A stretch of 63,004 nucleotides of DNA, the filler included, from Octopus bimaculoides (taxonomy: Eukaryota): NCBI RefSeq assembly GCF_001194135.2. It is 5 parts of 5 records of this genome, joined end to end, with 100 filler letters (N's around TTAATTAATTAA, not from the genome) between each part and the next. Parts side by side here need not be neighbours in the genome. Positions count along the whole stretch, not along the records: positions 35,187 to 60,170 come from NC_068986.1; positions 60,271 to 63,004 come from NC_068998.1; 3 more parts are not named here. The stretch is one strand, 5' to 3'. A model generated the notes under the pieces. It saw only the letters and a list, made by a program, of their open reading frames with translations. It had not been told where the DNA came from and did no database searches. Positions 50,701 through 63,004 of the stretch are shown piece by piece (positions within the stretch are counted from its first letter, which is position 1; each line of letters begins with the position of its first letter). The translations under genes and the position numbers were made by a program.

Positions 50701-53700
50701 CTAATTCTAAATCTGTATTTAAGTTTCATCTAAAAATCTTCCCGCTGTTGAGATAAAGTTACTAATCGAAACACGGTCGTAAATAGCGTAAAGTTATATC
50801 TAATTTAATATTAATATCTGCCCGATGGTCGTGGAGTTAACAGAACTGTTGAAGAATCAGACGAACTGTTCTGCGATATTCTTCTGTCTATCATTTCGTG
50901 TACGTCGTAGCAATTATATCAGTTAACATTATATGTTCGTATGTGTCTGTCTTTTTATGTAGGTTATGTGTATGTGAAGAAGAGTGAGAGGTAACAAAAT
51001 TCTCAAGGGAGAGAATCAATTTCAGCTCTTAGACATAGAGTGTAACCCTCTAAAAACATCTCAATATGCATTGGCCTACTCCCTGATATTTACCAATTGT
51101 ATAAATTATAGAAATTTAAAGCAAACATTAACAATCAATCACCTTTTATCTTAGGTCAGGAGCAAAGGAGAGGATCTGTAGGTGGTTGCTTACGCTGCTA
51201 AAAGTAGTTGTCATCTTTCCTCTATTACACACCCTACCTTCTCAGAAATATGAAAGCATGTTAAATAATATATTTCTGGTTATCTAAACCTGAAAATAAA
51301 CACGACATGATGATCACGACTGGAATACATTTTATCAAAGTCTTCTTGATCATGGCTGATCAGTTGCTTAACAACAAAGTTAACAAAAACCACATCAAAA
51401 ACATATGACGGTTACTCTATCAACTGTTTTCCCCTTCCTTGTTTCAAATGTCAAGGTCGACAGGAAATTTGAAATTGTTAATAGATATTCTTTGATATTC
51501 AACGAGTCGCTAGAATTTAGATATAACCGCACGATCCTTTCATTATGAGGGCGTCATATTATCTTTACTAACTCTTCATTCGTTCAATGATCATTTTTCA
51601 AGTAGTAATTGTTCAATTCTCAGCCAGCCCTGATTTAACAAACTTATGATGTAAAGGTGACCTATTTGCGAGATTTTATATGCCTTGGGCTAGATTATCC
51701 ATTTTGTCTTTTCAATAAATTAAGATTTGGCGATATTTGGCAACTGTGTGGTTCAGCCCTGGTCGACCCAACCTATAATCAAAAATGTTCCATCTGCGTC
51801 CATCTCCTCCCTTAATCTCTATTTCTACGACAACATTATATACCGTCTTATATAAAACAGTATGGTTTGATTTGAGGAAGACTGGCTGCTATTGCTCGCA
51901 TTTCAACCGACAACGTGAGGGTTTTTTGTTTTACTTGTTTGCTCGTGAAGGTAAATATTGGGATGAGTTGGCATAGTAATCATGAGAAAATATATTTACG
52001 GAAGTAAAATTAGATCTTTATGTAACTTCTGATAATGGTCGAAGGAAAGGTTCGATAAGCTATTTATTTCGAAACTATTCGTCATGGGGTTTTTGGCTTA
52101 TTTGCTTTGTGGTGTTTGTTTTGTTTTCTTTTCTCTATATCGAGAATGTAAACTAGCAGAAATGAGATTAGCAAGACACTGTGAAACTACACAAATCACT
52201 ACTGTTATGTGCCTTGCCTACAAATATACCATTTCCCCGGCTCGTTAAGTATATATCTCATTGACCAAAACCAAACAACATCAGATTACGTGAATTTGTT
52301 TGGAGTGTAATCAAGGAAACGCAAGTGAAAGCCAGAAGTGAAAAGAAGAAAATAAAAGTTAAAAAATAATGTAAATCGTCCTAGAATGTAAATAAATACA
52401 AAATTCTTGGTCGTGTCAAAGCCATAAAAACAAGTCTAAGTATTTTCTTTTCGCTTTAAAACAAAATACTTTTCAGTGAAGAGATTATTTCGGTTTGCAC
52501 CGAATCGTCAGCTAATGGCGTCTTTCCATCGAAGTGTATATCACTAACATCCAGACAGCTTGTTAGCGAATAAATGGCAGCACACAGTTCTTCACGCAAA
52601 TTGAATGAGAAAGAAAATTAGGAAGTAGAATGAGAAGTAGCCCGAAGCTCTAAAGAATTTGCAGAACATGATGTGAAATTATAAAACTTATTTGCGTCCA
52701 TATTTTTAATGATGATTTATACTGAATCAGGAGTTTATTTTCTAACTGTGAATGCTCTTTACTTCTAATCAATGTTTGCCTGCTAAGAAAATTGATAAAT
52801 GGTCTAAGAACATAAATTCGGCAACTTAACTATTCATAGGCTACGGATGACAGGTACTATTAAGTGTGATGCAACGATGCGCTAGCATTCACCCTGGTGA
52901 ATGAAGTGGTTTATTTCCATCGGCGAAATTTTTACGTCATTCAAAATTTTTTAAAATTCAAAATTCTAAGCTCAAATATAAAAACAGAATGGCCACAGTT
53001 GAAATATCAAGATATTCCTCGTTTTCCAATGACCTAACCATGGGCACACTCAGTAACTGGCGGGATAAAGTCAATAAGTATTAGAATAACTTTAATGATC
53101 AGTAAAATAATAATTTTTGTTCTAGATTGGGATGGTCATTATGCCAATAACAATGCACTGGTTCTGTTTCAATGAACCAGTCAACTAATTTGCTGCACCC
53201 CTAGGTCTGAAAGATAGTGAAAGTCCAGTAGTATGTGCGTGGGTACGATAAGATCGGCCTGAGGCTGTAGTAGAAGGCACTTTACCAAGGTGAAACGCTG
53301 TGGGACTGAACCCGGATCCATGTGGCTGAGAAGCAAGCTTCTTGCCAGACAGCAACTCTTCCGCGTTTTGTATTATTTTTTTCAAAGATGGTAATATATA
53401 ACTGAGCAAGAAATGGCTACTGCTTCAAGCAATAGGCCAAGCTATTGCACATAGGATCCCTCAATCCCTAGTTAATAGACAGATCGGAGTTGAGGCCCTA
53501 AGTAGCTCAGAAAATAGAAAGTGATCAGGAAGTGAAAATAAGGAAGTCGGTTCCTAATTTCACCAAAAAGATTCTTGAGGCGAAAATGGGAGATCTCAAA
53601 CTCAGAAATATCTATGTTAGTTTCTTATAATTTCTAAGTTATTTAAAGTTATCGCAATTACTTTCGTTTGTAGAGAGGAAATTAAACACTGTTTTCGACA

Positions 53701-53969
53701 TGAGTAAATCTAATGGAGAAATCTCCAAGAATATTCTAGTCGCTACTTTGTCATACTACATTAATTTTTAAGAAACATATTCTGAACAATTGACTGGTCT
53801 CTTTACATTTGTCAAAAACAAGTGAGTCTGGGTATATCTATATCCTCATTCTGTATATCACTCTTCGCTCTCTGTCGCAAGCTATCTCTCCTTTTCTCTC
53901 TCCCTCTCTCTGTCTGTCTGTTTCTCTCTCATATATATGTGTATATGTGTGTGTGAGAGAGGATGTACG

Positions 53970-54006
<37 letters not shown>

Positions 54007-54054
54007 GCATGTATATATATATATATAATTTTGTGTATAGTTTCGTATATTTTC

Positions 54055-54420
54055 TTTTATTCTTTCACTTGTTTCAGTCATTTGACTGCGGCCACGCTGT
54101 AGTACCGCTTTTAATCGAGCCCATCGACCCCAGAACTTATTAATTGTAAGCCCAGTACTTATTCTATCCGAACCGCTACGTTACGGGGACGTAAACACAC
54201 CAGCATTGGTTGTCAAGCGATGTTGGTACACACACACAAACACACACACATACATACATATATATACGACAGTCTTCTTTCAGTTTCCGTCTGCCAAATC
54301 CACTCGTCAGGCTTTGGTCGGCCCGAGACTATAGTAGAAGACACTTGCCCAAGGTGCAATGCAGTGAGATTGAACCCGGAACCATGTGGTTGGTAAGCAA
54401 GCTTCTTACCACGCAGCCAC
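54055..54420 (-). mobile_element. SINE family B, full length
   Basis: Matches reverse complement of 4571-4960. Confidence 0.9.
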
Positions 54421-55349
54421 TCATCGTTCTCAGCATAATCAGGGAGATCTTGTGCAACTAAAACCCAAGTGTTTTTNNNNNNNNNNNNNNNNNNNNNNNN
54501 NNNNNNNNNNNNNNNNNNNNNNNNNNNNNNNNNNNNNNNNNNNNNNNNNNNNNNNNNNNNNNNNNNNNNNNNNNNNNNNNNNNNNNNNNNNNNNNNNNNN
54601 NNNNNNNNNNNNNNNNNNNNNNNNNNNNNNNNNNNNNNNNNNNNNNNNNNNNNNNNNNNNNNNNNNNNNNNNNNNNNNNNNNNNNNNNNNNNNNNNNNNN
54701 NNNNNNNNNNNNNNNNNNNNNNNNNNNNNNNNNNNNNNNNNNNNNNNNNNNNNNNNNNNNNNNNNNNNNNNNNNNNNNNNNNNNNNNNNNNNNNNNNNNN
54801 NNNNNNNNNNNNNNNNNNNNNNNNNNNNNNNNNNNNNTATATATATATCAATGTCTATCATTAGTAATAAATAAAATTAAAGTTTTGATATGAAATTTTA
54901 AAATTTAGCAGCCAAACCTTACTTTGTGTATGTCCCTAGTAGTGTGCGGCAGAGCACGTTCTCAGCCAACACCTACCAGGCGTATATCTTATCACCTGGA
55001 CGCCTATTATGTCACCTGATTAGGTTTCTTCTGCACTGTGTGGCGCATTCGATTTCATTAAATCGTTCTCCACCCACCAAGGATCAGTGCAGAAGTTTGC
55101 CAAAAAGGTCGATGTGATAAATAAAGTTTCCAGTACAGTCTGTCTCCTGTATCAATCATTTAGAATATGTCTATAATATATACGTACTGCGGGCGATTCG
55201 ATAGAGTAACTCATTGATGATGGAGAATAGCTGCAGTTCAATGAATAAAACATAACAGACTGAAGTATATCATATATGTACATTTATATATATGAACACA
55301 CATGTACACATATGCATGTGTATGCATGTATATGTGGTCCAATCAATAG

Positions 55350-55610
55350 CATCTGCACTGTTGCCATAGTAACGAAGTTAAAGCATGGAGAGAAAAGCCG
55401 CTTGGCACAGATTGAACTTGAACTCTGCCGTGCATGGGTACAAAGTCTTAATGTTCTAGCTCACTTCCACTGTTTACAGCAGTGCTTGGAAGGAAGGTGT
55501 GCAGCGTGTGATCGTCGCATTGACCATGGCAGAAAAAATTCAGCAGAGAATCTGCATCAAATTTTGCCAAAATCATAGCGTTACCTGCTCAGAGGCCTAC
55601 ATAAGGTTTT
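55350..55610 (+). mobile_element. Mariner 5' fragment
   Basis: MAEKIQQRICIKFCQNH..TCSEAY HTH start. Confidence 0.65.
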
Positions 55611-55689
55611 CAAAATTTTTCATCGTTCTCAACACAATCAAGGAGATTTTGTGTAACTGAAACGCGAGTATCTTTTTGGTCAGCTGAGA

Positions 55690-55970
55690 GCAGTTATAGT
55701 GTAAACATGGCAGACACGCGTCTCATACCCAAATCTTCAGTGATAATGGATTGAACTGAACAATAACCAATCTGTACATTCTCTAATAACTCACGGATGG
55801 TGATACGACGATTTCGCCTCACAGCTGCATGTATATCTGCGGTGTTCTCGGTTTTCGGCCATCTTGGAAACGTCTGAACCACTCGTATACTTGTGTGCGA
55901 CTTATAGATTCCTTTCCATACACTTTCTGCAACTTTGTGTAGGCCTCTGAGCAGATATCGCAGCGACTGA
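55690..55970 (-). mobile_element. Mariner N-terminal fragment
   Basis: CSEAYTKLQKVYGKES..; VRRNRRITIRELLENVQIGYCSVQSIITEDLGMRRVSA. Confidence 0.7.
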
Positions 55971-56849
55971 ATGTCACTTGAATTTATTTATATTCAGATT
56001 TGATCGAACTACTACCATCTCTATCAGACAAGGTGTCCAGCACCGAGGAAGGGATGCAATAGCCCGAAGCCAAGCGAATCTGCTGGTTCTGTCACTAGAA
56101 GGTGGTAAGGGTTCTCTCCCTTGTTTGCAATATATCAGATGCAGGTTGCATCGTTAACCAGCTACAGGAAATGTACTCTTGGGTTTAAAAATTCGCAGTA
56201 ACGTCAGTTCCCACGGAACACTCACGTTGAAGTGGCGACATACATTATTATATATTTTCATTTTGGATTCAAATTCCACCGAGATTGATTTCGCCTTTGA
56301 TCCTTTCAAGGTCTATAAAATAAGACCCAGTTGAGCTCTGGGATCGATGTAATCGATTCGAAACCCTTCCAAAATTTCAGCCCTTGTACATATAGTTGAA
56401 ATAGTAATTTAAATGCAATGAACCAATACAGGAGAGAGAACTTAAAATATATTACGGAGTGGATAGTTTATTCCAACTGTACTCGTTTCTTGAGTCTCAA
56501 GTTTTGTGCCGCTGCGATCTTCAGGTAACAACTGCTATATCATCAGGCGAGAAATGCCATATCGATTATATATATATGTGTGTGTGTATGTATTCATCGG
56601 TGTGAGTTTGTTCTTTATACCATTTCATTGCATTGGTCGGTTTTTATGGGTGTTGCTTGTGGCTGATTGTTTACATTATATATGTATATATATATATTTT
56701 CATTTATGGTCATGTTTCTATCTCGTTTATCTTGTAGGTCTTTCAATTTGTTGCTTAGATATTTCTTTTATTGTTTTTGTTTTGATCTCCAATGTATTCA
56801 TAGTAATTTTTCTATTTAGCAATTTTATTTTTATGAAATTCTTTAGAGC

Positions 56850-57230
56850 ATACATCCTGCTTTTTAAAATAAGTAGGCTTTTGTTTACAGTTCGTTGATC
56901 TTGGTGTTTTTCTCATCTGAGAAATCCATAATATCAACGAAATCTAAATTTATATGTTAAAGTTTATACGAAGACAACTTGTTTGCCAACTGTACGGGAA
57001 GACATTTTACGGTTTGTTGCTCCTCCGCTCTGTTTCTATAGCTGAGTGGTTTTTAGTGGACAGTTTTATGGTAGTTTTATTCAGCTTTTGTTTATGCGAT
57101 TTTGATTTTTAGACCTATACCTGTATGTGTCTATGTGTCTATGTGTCTATGATTACGTGTTTATATGTGTTTGCCTATGTAACGTTTTGATAGTTTGATT
57201 TCAATTAACTGATTGTAGCTTGATTCTTCT
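56850..57230 (-). pseudogene. Possible second degenerate PLE GIY-YIG remnant
   Basis: Frameshifted QATI..KRYIGK and KINEL motifs only. Confidence 0.3.
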
Positions 57231-58169
57231 AAATGTCAGTGTGTCCAAGTTTCGTTTCTTGTTTCAATCCGTTTCTCTTTTTTTTAAGTAAATCTGTCAC
57301 TATTCCGTTGACGTTGGCATTTTCGCCTCTTTACTACGTTTACTGCCTGTCTTACTGCAGTGAAGAAATAACTGAAAAGTGAATGTAAAACCTGTGTGTG
57401 CTTTCGGGTTTTTAAATGGCTCATCCCCAATGTAATTGTAACAGTTTCAACTCACATCAAGTTACATTTAGCCATTTACCAATCAAGCTCATCTTTCGAA
57501 ATACATATACACATTGTGTTTAATTCTGCATGGACCGCTATTCTGAGTAGTGCAATGATTTGGAATACTTTCGGATTAAACATTAGCTGCGAAAGCTATG
57601 CGTGTGTGTGTGGTGGGAGAGGTATGTATGTATACAGGGAGAAGCAGAAATAGGCAGACAGACAAGTAGACAGGGGTGGGGGGGAGAAAGCTTGATAGAT
57701 AGAGAGCCGAAGAGAGAAAAAGAGTGAGAGAAAAGGTACTGATGAGCTTAACACGTTCCTGAACACTAAAATATTGAAGACTTTCAATCCGAAATCTAGC
57801 AGTACGTTCTGTATGTTAAAGTTCAATGAGCTAAAGCGTCAAGTAACATCAGAAGACTACCAGATAAGGTGCTTCTTGTATACAAGAAAAAATACCGACT
57901 ACAAATTACCACAACGATAAGGACCACTGAAGAGGTGGTCCTTACTTCGAAAACATCGTTTCTGATATTTGCTGACGTCAATGATGCTCGGTACGGTGTG
58001 TTTTTACACACGAACATTATACAGAATATTTTTCTCGAAAAATACATTTCACGTTCTAGTGTACAAGGGCATGTTAAAAATAAATGTCCACATTTGTATA
58101 TTAATCTCAAATGTTTAGTATGCAAACAATAGATTGTTTCCTGCTTAAGAAACCTCAATACACTAGCAG

Positions 58170-58430
58170 ATGTATGGTTTACTGTTTGCTATATATAGCA
58201 AAAAAAGTTCTGGCTTCGTTCTCATCGACTAGGCTATATCTCATACTGAACGGACGGAATCACGCTGAAAACCATGTCTGAAATCTGATGATGTTCTTTG
58301 GAACTCTTTACGACGTATTTTTGCATGTCTACAATATTTTTTTCCGAGGCAAAGTCCCGAAACGACGGCCATTCACGTTCTTGTGTATATGGGTTTGTTA
58401 AAAATGAATCTATTATCAGAACGTTCACCT
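58170..58430 (-). mobile_element. Old mariner HTH-region remnant
   Basis: TQEREWPS resembling the DEERSGRPS motif. Confidence 0.35.
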
Positions 58431-59577
58431 GTGCACCGACAGCAAATTAGGGACTCCGATGTCTGTCAGACACCTTAGAGCAACCACCTGGCAACATGTG
58501 CTTAGAAAGAAAAAGTTATAACATTCTCATTCTACAAACTACACAATTCAAGTGAAATCGAGAGAAAATTCAGAGAAAAGAATGTTATAGATAAATTTAA
58601 ACCTTTTCAAAATGGGCAGTTATAATAATGTTGATAATTGTAATGATGATGGTGGTAATAATAATAATAAATACTACGGCCATTACTGCAGCTACCACCG
58701 CCACCACTAACAACAGCAACAAAATTAATAAAAGCGTAGGAGGATGGTAGTAATGTTGACCAAATGAGCATTGACTCGATTTTGATGCTATTTTGAATGC
58801 GTGAAAATCAGTCATTTATTGATAACTAAACATTGGTTAAGAAAAACTGAAACGAAAATTCGATGTATCTTTGGGAGCATATGATGGTATTTGTGGGAAA
58901 TAAAATTATGGGGTTATACATTCTAGCGATAATAACCTAATTCAAACAAAGAATAATAATGATTATATCTTCAATAGATTTAGGAAAGGTCTGATTAGAT
59001 TTCTTCAAAAAATAGGACTTGATACCACCACAAATTTTATGGTATTATTTTCCTGAACAGAAACATTAGACTAGAAAATAATAGTTTGAGACCATTCTCC
59101 AAACCAAATGAGAAATTAATATAAATGCATCGGTATTCAAATCAGCCACGTAGCATCTTGAAAAGGTTAATTGACAATGTTAACTAAATATGCCTGTTAT
59201 CTTCTAATAAAGATGCTTTAACGAAGTAGTTGAGTATCATTTTGAAACGCTCAGAAATAGTAGATTCTTCGATAGCTTAAGATAGGTAAAATGAGAGCAG
59301 TGAAAGCAAAAATTGTAGGATTAAAAATAGAAATATTGTATGGTATAAACCCATGTTTAATCAAGCTGTAACAATTCTTACAGCTAGGAAATTCCTGAAT
59401 TTGATAGATTAACGTTTTCTGCTCGATCAAAAAATATATCTTTATCTATCATTTTTTGAGGGATTCTCAAGATTTTGTACCAGTCATTACTAAGGTCGAT
59501 ATTACAGATTTACGTCTTCCCTTCAAAATCACAGGACTTGTGCCTGAAATAGAATCCCAAATTATCGCTATTATTAT

Positions 59578-59580
59578 TAT

Positions 59581-59622
<42 letters not shown>

Positions 59623-59623
59623 C

Positions 59624-59672
<49 letters not shown>

Positions 59673-59690
59673 CTAACAGCAGCAGCAGCT
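59578..59690. repeat. (TAG)n trinucleotide array at the tail of a minus-strand SINE-A remnant
   Basis: Direct inspection. Confidence 0.9.
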
Positions 59691-59794
59691 TCAACTCCAT
59701 TAGGTATTTTCCATACTTTTATATTTCATGTATAATATACATTCATTTCTTTATATGTATGTACGTATTTGTATTTGTGTGAGTGATTACTGTA

Positions 59795-60170
59795 GATAGA
59801 TAGATAGATAGATACATTTCTTTTATTAGCCACACAGGGCTCAACTAAGATGGGACAAATACAATGTAGAGCTTTTCTTTTTGGGAGGGGGAAGGAAGGA
59901 AAAAAAAAAGTGGTGGTGTCGATCAAAAGGGTTCGTATGAAGGGAAAAAGGGGGAGTTCGATCAAAAGGGATCGAAAAAAAAAAAAAGGAAAGGCCGATC
60001 AATAGGGATCATGTATCACACAGTAATGTTCTCGTGTAAAAGAGGGGAGGACAGTTTAGGTTTAGCCGTGGAAGGAAAAGCCTACGGAAAAGACCACGGT
60101 AACCTTGGTCAATATTCTCATTGAAGAAACTATAACAGTAAGTGACTCTCTTTTGCCTTTTTGTTTTATT
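59795..60170 (-). mobile_element. 3' end of Tx1/L1-like LINE (same family as 1-418) with (TATC)n tail
   Basis: Near-identity to 271-418; minus strand ends GGCTAATAAAAGAAATGTATCTATCTATC. Confidence 0.85.
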
Positions 60171-60270
60171 NNNNNNNNNNNNNNNNNNNNNNNNNNNNNN
60201 NNNNNNNNNNNNNNTTAATTAATTAANNNNNNNNNNNNNNNNNNNNNNNNNNNNNNNNNNNNNNNNNNNN

Positions 60271-60318
<48 letters not shown>

Positions 60319-60729
60319 ATGTGAAGTTAGGTGTGAGAGGTAGAGCTTACTAATGATAACTGCACAATTCTCTGAATCTGTATTTTCTGTGTGTGGGTGT
60401 GGCTGTTTATGTGTAAACTCCTAAATTTGGTTCTTGACATTGTTTACACTTTGTGATCACATGACTGTACCCGCATGCCCTCCTACCCTTCCACCCCCAC
60501 ACCTTGAAACACCAAAAGGTGTAAAAGCAGTTTAAAAATTGAAACAAGTTGCTTGCATGACATGTCAGAGAGATGAGAATTGGCAGTTTCGCAACTGCTA
60601 ATTACTCTATTAATGGCATCATGCCTCTCCAGGTTGCAGCTTTAAAGCAGATACATGGTTCAAATCTCACTGGTGGCTTTCTGATTATTGTCCCACAAAA
60701 GGTTGTTATATTCTTTCTCACTATATATA

Positions 60730-60863
60730 GGAGTGGCTGTGTGGTAAGTAGCTTGCTTAAGAACCGCATGGCACCTTGGCAAGTGTCTTCTACTATAGCC
60801 TCTTGCCGACTAAAGTCTTGTGAGTGGATTTGGTAGACGGAAACTGAAAGAAGCTTGTCGAAT

Positions 60864-60870
<7 letters not shown>
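60730..60870 (+). mobile_element. SINE family B head
   Basis: GTGGCTGTGTGGTAAGTAGCTTGC..GGATTTGGTAGACGGAAACTGAAAGAAG. Confidence 0.85.
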
Positions 60871-60900
<30 letters not shown>

Positions 60901-61409
60901 AAGAACTCGGCCACCTCCATGACTTATACATCGTGTCTGACAAAAGGCTGGTCAATCATGGATGGAATGCCTATGATTAAAGGCATACACATTCAGTATT
61001 TAAGCAGCAACAATTATCCGATCATAATTTGTCTCATGTGTGAGATATTGCCTAGCATGTTGCATGTTTCTTACAAACACTCGCTGAATATTTTAATCTG
61101 CAAGTGGAGAATATTAATAAGTCAAGGTTTATTATTTTTACCAAGACATACCTGGATCTTGGGAATGTCAACCATTTAGCCTGCTTCCTATTAATATTTA
61201 TGTCCTGCTGATAGTTTGGGCTTTCTATTCTCTATTGAACATATTTTCATATGGATATTATGGTAATTTATCACACAGAGGTTTTACCCCATGTGATGTG
61301 AATATTGAAATCCAATCTTACAAGTTTATGACATATGCTAACCAGTTAGTTGTATATCATTATTATTATTATTAGTAGTAGTAGTAGTAGTAGTAGTATT
61401 GCTATTATT

Positions 61410-61640
61410 GTTGAGGTGGTGAGCTGGCAGAATCATTAACATGCTGGGTAAAATGCTTAGTGGTGTTCTGCCCGTCGCTACGTTCTGAATTCAAATTCCG
61501 CCAAGGTCAACTTAGCCTTTCATCCTTTCGGGGGGGGGGGTCGATAAATTAAGTATCAGTGAAATGCTGGAGTCAGTGTAATCAATCAACTAGTCCCCCT
61601 CCCCCAAAATTTCTGGCCTTGTACTTTTAGTAGAAAGGAC
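61410..61640 (+). mobile_element. SINE family A, full length
   Basis: GGTGGTGAGCTGGCAGAATC..TTCAAATTCCGCC..CCTTTCATCCTTTCGGGG..TCGATAAA. Confidence 0.9.
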
Positions 61641-61754
61641 TGGTGTTGTTGTTGTTGTTGATAGGCCCCAGCCAGGTAGAAGACTACCCCAGGCTGCTGT
61701 GTCTTCTTTGACATGGGTTTTACAGTTGTTGTTGTTGTTGTTTATGATGATAGG

Positions 61755-62030
61755 AGCCTTGTGAGTGGATCTGGTAGACGGAAACTGAAAGAAGCCCATC
61801 GTATATATGTATACATATATGTATGTTTGTGTTTGTCCACCCCAACATCGCTTGACAACCGATGGTGGTGTGTTTATGTCCCCGTAACTTAGCAGTTCGG
61901 CAAAAGAGACTATGAAAAGAATAAGTACTAGGCTTCCAAAAAATAAGTCCCGGGATCGATTTGCTCAACTAAAGGCGGTGCTCCAGCATGGCCACGGTCA
62001 AATGACTGAAACAAGTAAAAGAGTAAAGAG
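61755..62030 (+). mobile_element. SINE family B, 5'-truncated
   Basis: Matches 4678-4950. Confidence 0.9.
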
Positions 62031-62039
62031 AGTGGGGCA

Positions 62040-62410
62040 AGTGAAAGCAAAATCGGGATGGCACCTGTGCCCAGCGTCGCCTTACTGGCACTTGTGCCCG
62101 CAGCATGTGTGAGGACTTTCGAACGAGATAGTTGCCAGTACCCCTGGACTGGCTCTTGTGCGGGTGGCACATAAAATACACCATTTTGAGCGTGGCTGTT
62201 GCCAGTACCGCCTGACTGGCCTTCGTGTGGGTGACACGTAAAAGCACCCACTACACTCTCTGTGGTTGGCATTAGGAAGGGCATCCAGCTGTAGAAACTC
62301 TGCCAAATCAGATTGGAGCCTGGTGTAGCCATCTGGTTTCACCAGTCCTCAGTCAAATCATCCAACCCATGCCAGCATGGAAAGCGGACGTTAAACAATG
62401 ATGATGATGA
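62040..62410 (+). mobile_element. RTE-tailed SINE (family E) with internal subrepeats and (GAT)n tail
   Basis: CCAACCCATGCCAGCATGGAAAGCGGACGTTAAAC..GATGATGAT end; repeated GCCAGTAC..GACTGGC units. Confidence 0.75.
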
Positions 62411-63004
62411 TACATATATATATATGTATGTATGTATAAAACAATCGTACATGCACACACATATGTATGTGAAACTAAAAATTAGAAAGGAAATTTGAAA
62501 ATGCTTTGGTGTAAAAGCCGTGAGAGGATAAAATGGTTGGCTGAGTGGTAGATATTGTGTGGTTGTTGCTGTTATTGTTGTTGTTGGCTGCACTTTAAAG
62601 TAATATTTACTCTTTGACGCCAATGCCAATGACAATATCGTTTTTGCTTTTAGTTCTGCGTTTTACAACTCGGCTGATCTTTTTCTCCTAACAAACCGAA
62701 ACGCAGCAGCAGCAGCGACAACATTGGTAACAATGACACTGGCGCTGGTGGTGCTTGTGCAAGCGAAAACCCCCGTGTAAAAGCGAGGAGACGGGGGTGG
62801 TGGTGGTTGGCGTTGGGGGGGGGGAAGAAAAAGGAGAAAACATCACCAGTCTAACTAAAACAAAAGGATTTTTGCTGATGTAAACCAAAGAAGATAAGTA
62901 AATAAATAAGGGGGGGGGTCTCTTAAATACCATTATCCTTTTGAACTTTTTCTTTTTTTTTCTCCCTTTATCAAATCCAGTTGTGCAAAATTTTTTTTTT
63001 TTTT

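Noticed and set aside
56500-56530. Minus-strand CTGAAGA...GAAACGAGTA hammerhead-like spacing
   Set aside because: Stems I and III do not pair.

Overview
63 kb of AT-rich (animal, non-prokaryotic) genomic DNA with many assembly gaps and no host protein-coding gene that I can support. The repeat families and the TTAATTAATTAA gap linkers suggest a coleoid cephalopod, probably an Octopus draft assembly; this is inference from my recollection of similar repeats, not a search result. The window is a transposon graveyard: several tRNA-headed SINE families, Tx1/L1-like and R4/Dong-like LINE ends, Penelope-like (GIY-YIG) remnants, mariner/maT fragments, hAT MITEs with 8-bp TSDs, Helitron pieces, LTR remnants and dense microsatellites. 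Almost all long ORFs in the track are microsatellite or N-gap artefacts. The most unusual structures are: (1) a ~420-bp foldback whose arms each carry a divergently oriented tRNA-Thr-like Pol III unit with its own terminator (611-1028); (2) a Helitron whose Rep-helicase is split, with the downstream part flipped inside a 3.5-kb segment bounded by 31-bp inverted repeats (31190-35071); (3) three minimal hammerhead-like motifs sharing a CCGA core variant, two of which show stem covariation; (4) a miniature LTR element with a triplicated LTR-end/tRNA-Trp PBS junction (9321-10752); (5) an RT-less GIY-YIG ORF and a U6 3'-half fused to a hairpin. SINE and remnant boundaries are approximate (about +/-20 bp).
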